A stretch of 64,000 bases of DNA from Azolla caroliniana (taxonomy: Eukaryota > Plantae > Polypodiophyta): the NCBI GenBank assembly GCA_043228905.1, contig JBHGNT010000001.1, positions 25,172,001 to 25,236,000 on the forward strand. Direction: 5' to 3'. Made by a program: the position numbers and the translations under genes. Under the pieces are notes generated by a model. That model saw only the letters and a list, made by a program, of their open reading frames with translations. It did no database searches and was not told the DNA's origin. This document shows positions 38,201-51,186 of this stretch, piece by piece. The stretch's first letter is position 1. Every line of letters begins with the position of its first letter.

Positions 38201-41200
38201 CATACTCGAACCGATGGTTTACCGTACCAAAGAAAAACGGAACATTGCGCTTCATTCAGGACCTGCAGCCGGTCAACAGAGTGACCATTCGGAACGCAGG
38301 AATCAGACCGACCATAGACGAGTTCGCAAAGGCCTTCGCCGGAAGGTCGATTTACTCGGTCGGTGATCTGTACTCAGGGTACGACCAGTTCCAGCTAGCC
38401 GTGGAGAGCAGAGACATTACGACGATGCAAACCCCCCTCGGCCTAGTGCGAATGTGTACCCTACCACAAGGAGGGACCAACTCGGTAGCCCACATGGTGA
38501 ATGCAATGAACAAGGTACTGAGGGATTGCATCCCGGACATCACCATGCCGTTTCTAGACGACATCCCGATCAAGGGGTGCCCGGTGGAGGAGAAGGACGA
38601 GACAGTCGGGCCGGACGGATGCCGACGATTCGTGGCGACACACATCGACGACTGCGAGAAGGTGCTACAGAGGCTAGAGGATGCGAGGCTCACCTTCTCC
38701 AGGGAGAAATCGGCCTTCGGGCAATCGGAAATCCTGGTGGTCGGACACCTATGTGGACCTTATGGCCGGAAGCCGTCTCCGGCAAAGGTAGAAGCCATCT
38801 CCGCGATGAAGACCGATTGTAGCTCGGTGATGGAAGTTCGGAGGTTCCTGGGGGCATGCGCATTCTACCACATATGGATCCCGCATTACGCCCACGTTGC
38901 GGAGCCGCTATACGGGTTGTTGAAGAAAGGGCGAAAATTCGAGTGGCGAGACGAGCACACGAAGTCGGTCTAGAAGCTGAAGGAAGCTCTTGCGGCAGTA
39001 CCGGCGCTCCGGAAGGCTATCTACGGGAAGGGTACCCCGGTATACATAACAGTGGATACGAGTCCGACCGGGATCGGATGGGTCGTCAACCAAGAGGACA
39101 AGAACGGCATTCGGTTCCCGATCCGATTCGGCGCGAAGGTTCTCAGTGAGCGACAGCGAGGGTACGCCCAGGTTAAACGCGAACTCTGGGGTATCATTTC
39201 GGTAGTAAAGGCCGACAAAGACTACTTGATCGGGACAGAAGTGGTTATCGAGACGGATTGCCTGCCGATTCTCGGCATGGTTTCCGGATGCGCGACACCG
39301 GACCTGGCGATGCTCCGGTGGATAGCGTACATCAAGTCCCTGGACCCGGAAATACGGCACATTTCCGGAAAGGACAACGCCATGGCCGACATGCTTTCGA
39401 GGGCAAGGTTTGATGACGAGGGCAGCATGGTTTCGGAGGACGAAGAAGTCGGCGTGGACTTCTTCGAGGCAGCGTACATGACGACCGATGGGACGAGCAC
39501 TCCGGCACTTAACGACTTCGATGAGAGCAAGTATGACGGCGAGTGGCTCCAGATCGGTGGATTTTTGACGACGATGACGCCGGATGCATCGTGGACGAAG
39601 GACGAGGCCAACCGGATCCGGAAGAAAGCTTACCGATTCTTTCTCCGGTGTCGTGAAGATTTTCGGCAATAGTGTGAAAATCCCATAAAACGTACAAAAT
39701 CGAGTATGAATCATGTAATACAATAATTGTGAAGATAACATTTTTAATATCTAAAGTACAAAATGATGGAGGTTTCGAATGCACTTTATTACACGAGAAA
39801 TGGACAACTAAATGTCAAGATATGAGGGTATAAAGTTTGTGAAAAGAAAAGAGAAAATTGTGAGATATCCCACATAGGCACGACAAATACGGCTCTCATC
39901 ATATATAAGGTGGAGCAAAAGATATTATCTTTGTGTCTATGTGTGGAGCATAGAGAGTTCAAGGTAACTTGAACTTAGAGTGGAGGTGGCTAGCTACTCG
40001 TAAAGGGTTTTGGCCAACCAAAACCGGACCGGCGATGGAGCCGGTGATCCGACGGCATCCGACGGCAATCCGATGGCGGCATGCGGCACCGGTATCCGGC
40101 GTCGGCATCCGGCGGCGGCGGCGGCATCATCCGGCGGCGGCATCCGGCGTCGGTATCCGGCGGCGGCACCGGTATCTGGCGTCGGCATCATCCGGCGGCG
40201 GCATCCGGCGTCGGCGTCGGCGTCGGCATCCGGCGACGGCATCCGGCGAACCGGCGACTAGATAAAATAAATATATAAAAATATATACATATTTACATAT
40301 ACAAGGAGGGCAAGTATGGATTCAAACCTTGCACCTCCAAGTTAGGAGTCAAATGGCTTACCATTAAGCCATAGTATTTAGTTGAAATTATATTTCTATC
40401 ATTGTACTTTTACATGTAAATTCTCATACATGAGTGCTAAAATGAGTGACATGGTTAGCATGCACCACATGTAATACTTAAGCGCCAAATGGCAAACATG
40501 CAATTTATGCATGCCTTGTACCCTCACATGCATCATATGCATGAGAGCATCTATAAAAGAGGGAAGGGGGAGGAGAAAAACACGGTTTTTTTTATGAAAA
40601 TTAAGAAGAAGAAATTCGTTATCAAAGCAATCGTGTAATCTCATCTTCTCTCTTTCCCAATCTTTCTTAAGTACTTTCTCGCCAAACGACTCTAAATCCT
40701 TCTGGTCCAGAACCCCGGCGGTTCCGCCTCACGATCCGCGCGTAGTGACGGATCTTCACGACACCGGGACGGATACTTATGGAAGCACCTGAAGAAGAGG
40801 AACGACGTCCCGCTCCGGGTGGTGGCGATGAAGGAAGAACAGGAGGAGCTGCTGACAGGCTACCACGACAGCCCTTGGGCCGGACACCGTGGAACGTGGG
40901 CCACGTTCGAGAAGATAAAGGGGAAGTATTGGTGGCCGGGACTGTACCGGGACGTGCATTGGTTCGTGACAACTTGCGAGAGCTGTCAGATGCACTCCAT
41001 AGTCCGGCATCGGGATGGGCTTCACCCTACGTACCCTCCGACCATCCACTTCAAATGGATGGTAGATCTGGTGACGATGCCGATGGGCGTAGGACAGATG
41101 TTGTATCTGGTCCTGGCTCGGGAAGATCTGACGAACCAGGTGGAAGGCCGAGTGGGGAGTTGGACGCCGAAGAGGCCGAGGAACTGTTCGACCGGCTAGG

Positions 41201-41906
41201 AGTCAAGCTCTCGCTTACCACTACGTATAATCTGGAGGCGAATGGGAAGGTGGAGCGCGGACACGGACCGATCGTCAAGGCGTTAGTTCGGGCATGCGGA
41301 GGTCAAGTCGGGAACTGGCCGCGGTTGTTGCCTTACGCGTTGTGGGCGGACCGAACTACGCACAGTTCGGTAACCGGATTCATGCCGGCAGAACTCATGT
41401 TTGGGCAGAAGCTGGTCATGCCGATGGAACGTACGATCTCCTCATGGGCAACCGTGGACTGGAGAGACGAGATGAGCTGGGAGGAGCTACTGGCGGCGCG
41501 TATACGACAGCTCGAGCGAAGACCGGAGGACGTGGAGCAGGCTGCAGAAAAGCTTCGGGAAGCAAGGATGAGGAACAAAGCCCGGTTCGACCGAACGCAC
41601 CGGCTCCGACCAAAGAAGATCGAGGAAGGCAACTGGGTGCAGGTCTACGACAGCAGCCTTGACAACCAGCACCGAGCGACACGGAAGTTCGCAAGAAGGT
41701 GGTTCGGGCCTTACGTGGTACAAAGCGCCAACGACAACGGGACGTACCATCTGGCGGAACTCGACGGTACGAGAATGGCGATACCGGTAGTGGGGAAGCG
41801 GATCAAAGCGTTCAAGAAGCGTCACGACGACGAGCCGGATCCGGTTGGCCTGGACCGCGACGACGAACGATCCGAAACCGAGGAAGAACCGACAGGCGGG
41901 GAATGA
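35282..41906 (+). pseudogene. G2 gag-protease and RT-RNase H-integrase, disrupted
   Basis: CMWCDEVGHIRKDC knuckle; LVDHGSEINLM protease; KKNGTLRFIQDLQPVN, DLYSGYDQ, LPQG and FLDD in RT; DTSPTGIG...IETDC RNase H; integrase GH.G...YWWP...CESCQ, NGKVERGH and FGPY (GPY/F). The integrase core has a deletion near 41150. Confidence 0.92.
39649..40763 (+). mobile_element. Solo LTR (1115 bp) of a G2-related gypsy family, inserted in G2 pol
   Basis: Ends tgtcgtgaagat / atcttcacgaca. TSD ccgg at 39645-39648 and 40764-40767. The 3' end resembles the G2 LTR end (ccgcctca). TATA ctataaaag at about 40551. GC-rich ccggcggcat-type repeats at 40020-40260. Confidence 0.88.
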
Positions 41907-44900
41907 AGGCTGGACCGGTTTTCTCCGTCCCAACTCAATTTGGCGCATGCCGGTGGATGCGCGGTTAGGTGGGGGCGGATGTCGTGAAGAAAACCGTCCA
42001 CAAGCGAAATCGGTGCACAGGAGCGTAGGAACCGGCTCTTCTCGAATGTTGTCCATAGAAGATCCTAGGCGGGTAGATTTAGTGGGTAGGAAGTAAAGGG
42101 GAAACGGCTCCTTCCTTGCCTATAAAAAGGAGGGAGACGAGAAGGGGGAGGGGGATCGCGGAGAGTCGAGGACGAAGTGCTGTCGGTTTGCGTGCGAAGG
42201 CTCTCTCTCTCTCTCTGGTTCGCAAACTCCATAGCTTCCTTCTGTGCAGGTTTCGGGAGGCTCGCGCTGCTCTGAGGAATGCCCGAGTGCTTCCGGCAGC
42301 ACCTCCAACCTGCTCCTGTCTTTCTGTGCGTTTACGAACAGGCATCGGCATCTGTTCGCCGGCCTATTCGATTGTAACCGACTTCGTGTTTTGTTGCTTC
42401 CGTGTTCTTGTTTTTGTCTTTGTTAATACATACATACATTCGTGTCTCTCTGTGTCGCTGTCCCACTCGCGTCTTTGTGTCAAAGGGCCGTGTCCCTGTG
42501 AATCTATAGTGGGTCTCTTGTCCTTTCTCTCTTGCTCTTCGGTACAGGACCCCTGAGGTCCCGCCTCATTCCACGCATCCGCGAGGAAAACCTCGACAGC
42601 GGTCTTGTAGAGGATGCCGCAATCCATTGTGCCACTCACGTATCGTAGAACTCGCTTAGCGCAATCCAAGTGAGTATCACACGGTGTTTGCATGAATTGG
42701 CTAAGGAGGCCGACCGGATAACTGAGATCGGGTCGTGTGATCGTGAGGTAGATGAGACTCCCGATGAGTTGCCGATATTGAGTCGGCTCACACGCTTTGG
42801 TGCCGGAGTGCGCATCTAATTTGAGATTACGATCGAGCGGGGTTGCCACGCATTTGCACTCAGCCATCCCGAACTTGTATAACAAGTTGACGATGTAGTG
42901 CCATTGAGAGATCATGATTCCGGCCGGAGTCCGAATTGCCTCGATGCCGAGGAAGTAGTGGAGCTCCTGCATGTCCGTCATCTCGAACTTGTCGGAAAGG
43001 AGGGATTTGACCTTATTGATTTCGACGAGATGCTCACCTCCAATGACTAGGTCATCCACATATAAGATGATGACAATCGGACTTGCGGAATCGCTTCGTA
43101 TGTAGAGGGAGTTGTCCGATTTTGACATACGGAAGCCGATTTGATGAAGATATTGCATTATCTTCGAATGCCAAGCACGCTGTGCTTGCTTGAGGCCGTA
43201 GAGTGGCTTCTTGAGTCGGCATACGGCTTTTGGATGAGTGCTCGATTTGAAGTTGGGTGGTTGGATCATGTACACCTCCTCTTCTAATTCGCCTTGTAGA
43301 AAGGCGTTCTTGACGTCCATTTGATGGAGGTGCCACCCTTTCGCCGCGGCAAGCGCAATTACGGTCTGCACCGTTGTCATCTTTGCCACCGGGGCAAAGG
43401 TCTCTTCGTAGTCGACCCCATGCGTCTGAGCGTATCCTTTCGCTACGAGTCGAGCTTTGTAGCGGTTTACGGAGCCATCCGCGTTATACTTCACCTTGTA
43501 GATCCATCTGCATCCGATCGCCTTTTTGTGTGGTGAGGTGGGAACGAGATCCCACGTCTCGTTCTTCCGTAGTGCCTGCATATCCTCGTTCATTGCTTCG
43601 ATCCATCGCGGGTCCTTCGCGGCTTCCGAAAAGGTTTCCGGCTCCCATACTGTCGCTACCTTCATCATAAAGGCGTAATGGTACGCCATATAATCGTTGT
43701 AGCCGAATCGGCTTACGGGGTTCTTTTCACAAGTGGATCGGCGGAGCTTTTCATTTGCAGAGATGAGGGCTTTCTTGGCTTCGATTGGTACCTCGAAACC
43801 GCCGAACGCACTGTCGAGTGAGTTAGTCGATTCATTGTCGTCGAAGCGATCATCTTCATATTCCGCCATTTTCGCCTTGCCTTTGTCTATCTTCGGGCTA
43901 GGCCGTGATGTGCTTTGATCGCTCAAAGGCTCTTGTGGTCCGCTCAGTCGGGTCGTGATCGGACTTTCTTCGAACATGCGCATAAGATGATCTTCATCCT
44001 CTATCTCTTGTTTGGTGGATTCCGGGTCGAGCGGGGTCGGAATCGAAGTTGTCTCTGGTGCGTACCAGGATGCGGACTCGTCAAAGACGACGTCTCGACT
44101 TACCCGAGATTTTCGAGTTGAGGGGTTGTAGCACTTGTACCCCTTTTGCTCCAGTGAGTATCCTACGAGGATACATTTCTCCGACTTCGAGTCGAGCTTT
44201 TGACGCTTCTCGTCAGGGATGTGCACGTATGCAATAGAGCCGAATATCCGAACATGTGATAGGTTCGGCTTCTTTCCAAAGAATCTTTCGTACGGAGTGA
44301 CCTCGTGCACGCCGAATGTTGTGCACCGGTTCATTAGGTAGACGTCCGTATTTGCCGCTTTGGCCCAATATGAGTTGGGCATATGCTTCTCGTTCATCAT
44401 GGCCCGCACTACTTCGAGGATGTGCCGATTTTTGCGCTCGGCTACTCCGTTTTGTTGCGGAGTGTGTCGGCAAGTGAATTCTCGCCGAATTCCTTCCTTT
44501 CGGAGATACGTCGTGAAATCGTCCGAGAAGTACTCCTTGCCGCCATCCGATCGAAGACATCGTACATGTCAGCCCGTGGCTTTCTCGACTTCATTCTTGA
44601 AATTTTGGAAGTGTCCGAACACTTTGCTCATTTGCCGCATCGGGTAGATCCAAGTGTGCCTAGAAAAGTCGTCGATGAAGAGCATGTAATATCGGCATCC
44701 GCCGAATGTCGCCATTTGAGCCGGACCCCATACATCAGAATGAATTACGTCGAGTAAGCCTTTGCTCACATTCCGCTCCTTCGGAAATGGGTGTCGGTGT
44801 TGCTTGCCGAATTGGCACGCTTCGCATACACCTTCAATCTCCTTCTTTTTGAATGTCGGGAGTCCGATGACGACTCCTTTTGATTTCATTGCTTTGAGTT

Positions 44901-47758
44901 TGTTGAGATTGATGTGGCTGATTCGCTTACGCCATAGCTCTATGTCGGAGTCGGCTTTCGTGCTTTTTGTGAACATGGCGGATTTCATCTCGTGCGAATC
45001 GAGAATGAACATCCAACCCTCTCTTCTTCCGCGTGTGATGATTCGGCCTTCTTTTTCGATGAAGCACCCTTCTTGGTCGAATCGTACTTGCATCCCTTGC
45101 TCAACCATTTGGCCGACCGAGACCAAATTCTTTGTGATGGTGGGTACATGCAAGACATTTTTAATGTATGTTTGCTTACCTCTTTCGCCGAACGGAACAT
45201 TGCCGATGTGCTGAATCGGGTGCGTAGTGTCATCTCCGGTTTCGACATAACCGGGTCGCTCTGGCTCTCGAAGTTCGAGAAACCATTCTTTGTGGGATGT
45301 CATATGGTTTGAGGCTCCAGAGTCAACAAACCATAAGTCCTTCAGATTGAGGGCACTAGTTGAGGTAGAGGCCGACATAGACTTTGCTCTATGTTTCATT
45401 ATGAACATTCCGCCACGGTCGGAGTTGTATGCGTACATTCCGCCACGATCCTCGTAGTCGGAGTTGTGCCCGTACATTCCGCTATACTCTTCGTAGTTGG
45501 AATTGTGCGTGTAATTCGTGAGTTGTCGGCTTGTGGAAGCTGATTCACGCATCTTCTTTCGGCACTCTTCTTCGTGGTGGCCGAGCTTTCCGCAATATCC
45601 GCATTCGGTTGCGTTTTGACGGCTCGGGCCGGAGTGGAAGCTCCCCCTTCTTGCGAAGGTTCCTCGTTGGCCTCCGTTTTGCAGCCGAAATTGGGAGTTG
45701 TTGTCGTAGGTCGGACCTCGTCCGCCTTGTCCTTGGCTGAATCGGCCTCTCGCTTGTCCGCGTCCTCTTCCTCCATTAGAGTGCCTATAGAGCATGTGGC
45801 CTTCCGACTCATTGCTCCTTGTACGCACGTGGTTTTCTTCGACCAATAGCATTGATTGGAGCTCGAAGAAGGAGGGAGATTTCTCCCGTGCTAGAACGGT
45901 GGTTCGCATCGCGCCGAACAGTGGTGCGAGGCCGGCGAGGCATATTTGCACCATTTCATCATCATCTATACTTACGCTTATTGAGCCAAGCGAGTCGCAA
46001 AGCTCCTTGATCTTCAAGGTGTATGTCGTGATGGACATGTCCCTTTGTTGAATGTTGTTCAACTCTTGGCGGAGTTGAAGCTTCCTCGCGGTCGTGTTGG
46101 CGGCGAAAATCTTTCGTAGATTTTCCCACGCTTCGTTCGGCGTCTTGGCTTCTCGAATGTAACCGAGCATGTGGTCGTGAACACATGTCGCCAAACAATA
46201 CATCACACGGCTTGCGGCTTGCTCCCATGTCGCGTATCCCAGAGCCGCTTCGGCGGGTCGGTCTTCATGTGCTCCTTTGATGTAGCTCCAATAGCCTTGT
46301 CCGACAAGGTATTGGTGCATCTTGTACTCCCAAGATGCGAAGTTGTTTCGATCTAACTTCTCGGTAGGGAGAGCGCTCCCCATTTGAGTATTCATTATGT
46401 CGATTCTTCTTCTTCTTCTTCTTCTCTCTTCGAATGCGAGCTATATAGCGAAGCTACGATAGCTATGAGCTGGTTCTTGGTCGTCGGCGTAGAGCACAAC
46501 ACACGATCACGATGAGGCGAATGGGCTAGATCGAGCTACCAAATTGCTCTGATACCATGTAAAGAATCAAGAGATGGATTCTTGTGAAGCGGAAGAGATG
46601 TGAGTTATGTGTGTGTGTAAGAGAGAGAGAGAGAGAAACATAGAGAATACGCAAGGTAAAGTATATTAGCAAAGGAGAAAGACACAACACTATACAAGGT
46701 GGGAGGAGGGTGCTTTATGTAGTCACCCTCTCTCTTCATTAACTACAAGGCTCATGGAGCATGGGGAATGTGAAAGCTCATAAGTTATGTGTCATAGAAT
46801 ATGATTCTATGACTCATACTAAATGCTAGAATACAAAGAGGTGATTTAATGGTGACTCTTGACCGTTGGAGTGTCTATTCACTCTCAAGGTGAGTTCACA
46901 CACTAGACCAAGTTGAGCTTGATTCTCAACAAATACAAGTGCCTATTTGTGTGACTCTTCATATCAGGAGTCATAACTATTTATTTAGTTATTTTACAAG
47001 TTTTATTCTTTTCCTTATATTTTCCAACACTATTTACTATAAAAGGAGGTGGAGTGTATTCACACTTGAGTATCCTAGAGTGCATTCCCACACATAGGAA
47101 GTTGAGTTTGATTCTCAACACGCCCCTTCAAAGACAACTTCCAATCGTCGGATGGTTGGTTCGGATTGGTCTTTGGGTTAGCTTTGAGTTGACTCTGGCG
47201 TCGAATGGCCGGTTCACTCCTCATGTTGCTCCTTACTCCCCCTCAAGCTCGGCTGGTCAATGGTCGAAAGACCTAGGTTCCTCGTGAACTGCTACAGCTT
47301 GTCAACTCCCAGGGCCTTGGTGAAGATGTCGGCCCTCTACAAGTTTGTGTTGATGTGTTGTAGGTCGACAATCTCGGCCAGAACATGTTCTCGGATGAAG
47401 TGATAGTGCACTTCGATATGTTTGGTCCAAGCGTGGAAAATTGGGTTTTTGGCTAGGTGGATGTTGTTCATGTTGTTGCAATAAAATCGGATCCTTGATG
47501 GGAACGCTCAGATCCTTCAGTATTCTCTAGAGCCAAATAACTTCACATGTGGCTACGGTTGCACCCCTGTATTCAGCTTCGATTCTCGACAATGTGACTA
47601 TCGGATGTTTCTTACTACTGTATGATATGGCGCCGCTGCCAAGAGAGAAAACAAATCCGGATATCAATCGGTAGTCAACATCGATATACCCTTTGAGTTG
47701 AATCGGTGTGTTCGATCTGTAGAGGATGCCGAAATCCATCGTCCCACTCACATAACGT

Positions 47759-48421
47759 TGTCGAGGAAATCCTCGTGTGTTCGCAAAATGAAGCAGGACC
47801 ACCAAGGTCCTAGACTGAAAGGATTCGAAGTTTGTACTAGCTTTAACGAAAAAGTATTTAAGATAGCGAGAGATTGAGAGACGAAGATTCTAACTCTAAG
47901 ACAGATTGAGAGAGAAAGAGTGATTTAACCCTTGATTCCAATTATGAGGGAGAAGATACATCACCAATAGGATAACAAGATTTTTTATTATTGTTTTCTT
48001 GATTCAGTACATAGCTTCCCTGATTCTTTTTCCTCCACTCTTTTATAGATGCCCCCATGCTTATGATGCATGCCAGGGTGCAAGACATGCATACAATGCA
48101 TGTTTGCCACTTGGCGCTCATGCATTACATGTGATGCATGATGTCCATGTCACTCATTGAAGCTTGCATGTATGAGAATTTACATGTGAAGAATATAATG
48201 GAAAATACAACTTTTAAAGAAATGGCTTGGCTTAGTGGTAAGTCAATTGTGTTATGTAAGATTGTCCCTCCTTGTGGAGGAGTCGGCCGAAAAGCCGAAA
48301 CGAGAGTTAGTTGGCCGATATCGACCAAAAAAACGAAATGAGAGTTGGTTGGCCGAAATCGACTAAAAAGCCGAAATGGGATTTGGTCGAATGGAAGTCG
48401 GTCAAATAAAAGTTCAGACAA

Positions 48422-48483
<62 letters not shown>

Positions 48484-48646
48484 GTGTGTGAGATAAGTTA
48501 GTATATATAGAGAGAGTCATATTAGTTGCATATATATGTGGGATAACACACTGAGAAATAACAGTAAGAGAAGCGCAAAAGTGAACCCTTCTCGGTTTTC
48601 TCTTTTCCACGTGATTTTCACACCATTGCCGAAAATCTTCACGACA
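47759..48646 (-). mobile_element. Solo LTR (888 bp) of the same gypsy group, inserted in X2 RT
   Basis: Minus strand begins tgtcgtgaagattttcggcaatggtgtgaaaatc, like 39649, and ends cctcgaca, like the G2 LTR. TSD acgt at 47755-47758 and 48647-48650. Removing it restores VLR-YVSG. Confidence 0.9.
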
Positions 48647-51186
48647 ACGTAACACTTGCTTAGCACAGTCCAAGTGAATGTTTCCTGGTGTCTGCATGAA
48701 CTGGCTAAGGAGGCCTACTGGGTAACTAAGATCAGGCCGAGTGATGGTGAGATAGATGAGGCTTCCGACTAGTTGAAGATAGTAGGTCGGCTCGCACACA
48801 TTTGTACTGGAATCGACATCTAGCTGAAGGTTTCGATCGAGAGGGGTAGTGATGGGCTTACACTCTGTCATCCCAAACTTGTAAAGAAGATTGAAAATAT
48901 AGTGTCGTTGGAAGAACATGATGTCGTCATGTGTTCGGATTACTTCTATTCCTAAGAAGTAATGGAGCTCCTTCATGTCTTTCATTTTGAATCAGTTGGA
49001 GAGGAGCTTCTTGATGTGCTCAATATCTACTAAATGCTCTCCTCCTATGACCAAGTCATCCACATAAATGATGATAAATACTTGTCGTCTAGAGTCGCTT
49101 CGGATGAATAGAGAGTTGTCGGACTTGGACATGTTGAAACCGATTTGATGACGATATTGGGTTATCTTCGAGTGTCAGGCTCTAGGTGCCTTCCTGAGGC
49201 TGTAGAGAGGCTTTTTAAGTCGACATACTGCTAGTGGGTGAGTGCTTGAGTTGACGCCTGGTGGTTGTACCATGTATACTTCCTTATCTAATTCGCCTTG
49301 GAGGAAGGCGTTCTTCATGTTCATTTGGTGGAGGTGCCACCCTTTTGTTGCTGCAAGCGCGATCACGGTTCGAATTGTAGTCATCTTTGCCACCAGACAA
49401 AGGTCTCTTTGTAATCGACCCCATGTGTTTGAGCAGATACCGTTTTGCCACAACCCGACCCTTGTAGCGATTGACAATGCCATAAGCATTGTGCTTCACC
49501 GTAAATATCCATTATCATCCGATTGCCTTGTGATGGGTAATGAGGGAATGAGGTCTTGTGTCTCGTTTTTAGAAAGCGCTTGCATTTCCTCGTTCATCGC
49601 TTCGACCCATCACGGGTCCTTTGCATCTTTGGAAAATGTTTTCGGCTCTCAAACTATAGCCACTTTTATCATGAATGCATAATGAAATGCCATGTGGTCA
49701 TTGTAGCCAATTGGTTGACTACGTTCTTTTCTCTAGTGGAGCGATGTGGTTCTCCTTGTGCCCGCATGATGGGCGCATCTAGTCCACCATACTCACTGTC
49801 GGGTGAGTGATCCAATTCGACTTCATTGAGCTCATGTGGTCCACTCAATCTGGTTGAGAGGGGACTTTCCTCTGTTGTGAGCCTTAGTCAATCAACTTCC
49901 TCTGGATCGATTATTTCAAAATTGGTTTCGATTGGTTCAGGTGGAGTTGAATCGGTTCTGTACCAGGATGCCGATTCATCGAATACGACATCCCTACTCA
50001 CTCGAACCTTTTTGTAGAGGGGTTGAAGCACTTATACCCTTTTTGTTCGAGCGAGTACCCCACAAGGATGCATTTCTCTGAATTGGAATCCAACTTTTGC
50101 CGCTTTTCATTGGGAATGTGCACGTATGCAATCGAGCCGAATATCTTGATGTGGGATAGGTCCGGTTTCTTACTATAAGACTTCTCATGGGGGGTAACAT
50201 CAACGATTCATCATATACACGACTGTATTTTCCGCTTCAGCCCAATATGACTTTGGCAGATGTTTCTCGTTCATCATTGCCCTTGCCACCTCAAGTATGT
50301 GCCAATTCTTGTGTTCGGCTACTCCATTCTACTGAGGTGTGTGTCAACTGGTAAACTCCCGTCGGATTCCTTCTTGTTGAAGGTCTGTTGTAAAGGCGTT
50401 GGAGAAGTACTCTATGTCATTGTCCGATCGAAGGCATCGGACATGCCGACCGGTTGCCTTTTCGACTTCGTTTTTGAACTTTTGGAAGTGTCTGAACAGT
50501 TCTCTCTTCTACCGCATAGGGTAGATCTAGGTGTTCTTGGAGAAGTCGTCGATGAATGTCACATAGTATCGGCAACCACCAAATGTTGTCGTTTGGGCTG
50601 GTCCCCATACATCTTAATGTACTACATCCAGGATTCCTTTGCTCACATTCCTCTCTTTCAGGAACGGTTGATGATGCTATTTGCCGAACTAGCAGGCTTC
50701 ACATACGTTGGTACTCTCCTTTTCGGTAAAAGTCAGAGGTTTGATGAAGAGTCCTTTCAATTGCATTCTTTTGAGCTTTTGGAGGTTTCACATACGCTGA
50801 TACTCTCCTTTTCGGTAAAAGTCGGAAGTCTGATGACGAGTCCTTTCGATTGCTCCCCCTTCTTCCGAACGCTCCGCCTCACGCGGTCGAAACGTCTTGT
50901 CGGTAGTAGAAGTTATGTTCTCAAGGTTGCTCTTGGTTGTGTCGGCCTTGGCCGAATCACCCTCTTCTTCTACGACCTTGTCCTCTTCCTCCATCAAAGT
51001 TCGAATAGAGCATGTGTCCTTCCTGCGCATTGCTTCTTGTTCGAACATGATTCTCCTCGACCAACAACATTGACTGGAGATCGAAGGAGGGTGGATTCTC
51101 CCTCGCGAGGACTTTTGACTGAATGCCTTTGAACCGAGGTGCAAAGCCTCCAAGGCAAATCTGCACCATTTCATTGTTGTCAGTGC

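Larger units (their letters stand above)
34608..42598 (+). mobile_element. Ty3/gypsy element G2, tRNA-Trp primed, no chromodomain seen (possibly Phygy-like); LTRs 34608-35238 and 41980-42598
   Basis: LTRs tgtcgtgaagaaaacc...aaaacctcgaca. PBS tggtgaacccgacgtgaa at 35242-35259. PPT aggtgggggcgga lies before 41980. 4-bp TSD gcgg at 34604-34607 and 42599-42602. Confidence 0.93.
34081..46395 (-). pseudogene. X1 gag-pol: a single frame 46395-42599 plus 34603-34081, with two premature stops, interrupted by gypsy G2
   Basis: 608-aa ORF (CGYCGKLGHHEEEC, WFVDSGASNH, HSDVWGP) and an in-frame 681-aa ORF (YKARLVAKGY, MDVKNAFLQG, LYVDD). After removing G2, the frame rejoins as LYKTA-MPIRLEGYTDADWAG. Confidence 0.92.
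33711..46931 (-). mobile_element. Ty1/copia element X1 (younger relative of X2) inserted in the 3' LTR of X2; 5' LTR 46558-46931, truncated 3' LTR 33711-33899
   Basis: PBS complement gctctgatacca at 46546-46557 directly abuts the LTR. 189 bp are identical between 33711-33899 and 46743-46931. PPT complement cgcccctt at 33900. Confidence 0.9.

Noticed and set aside
39969-40278. Arg/Ala/Gly-rich ORFs
   Set aside because: They arise from translating a GC-rich tandem repeat that is open in several frames inside a solo LTR.
50700-50860. Duplication of about 88 bp next to a large deletion in X2
   Set aside because: Real, but an ordinary repair scar in a dead element.
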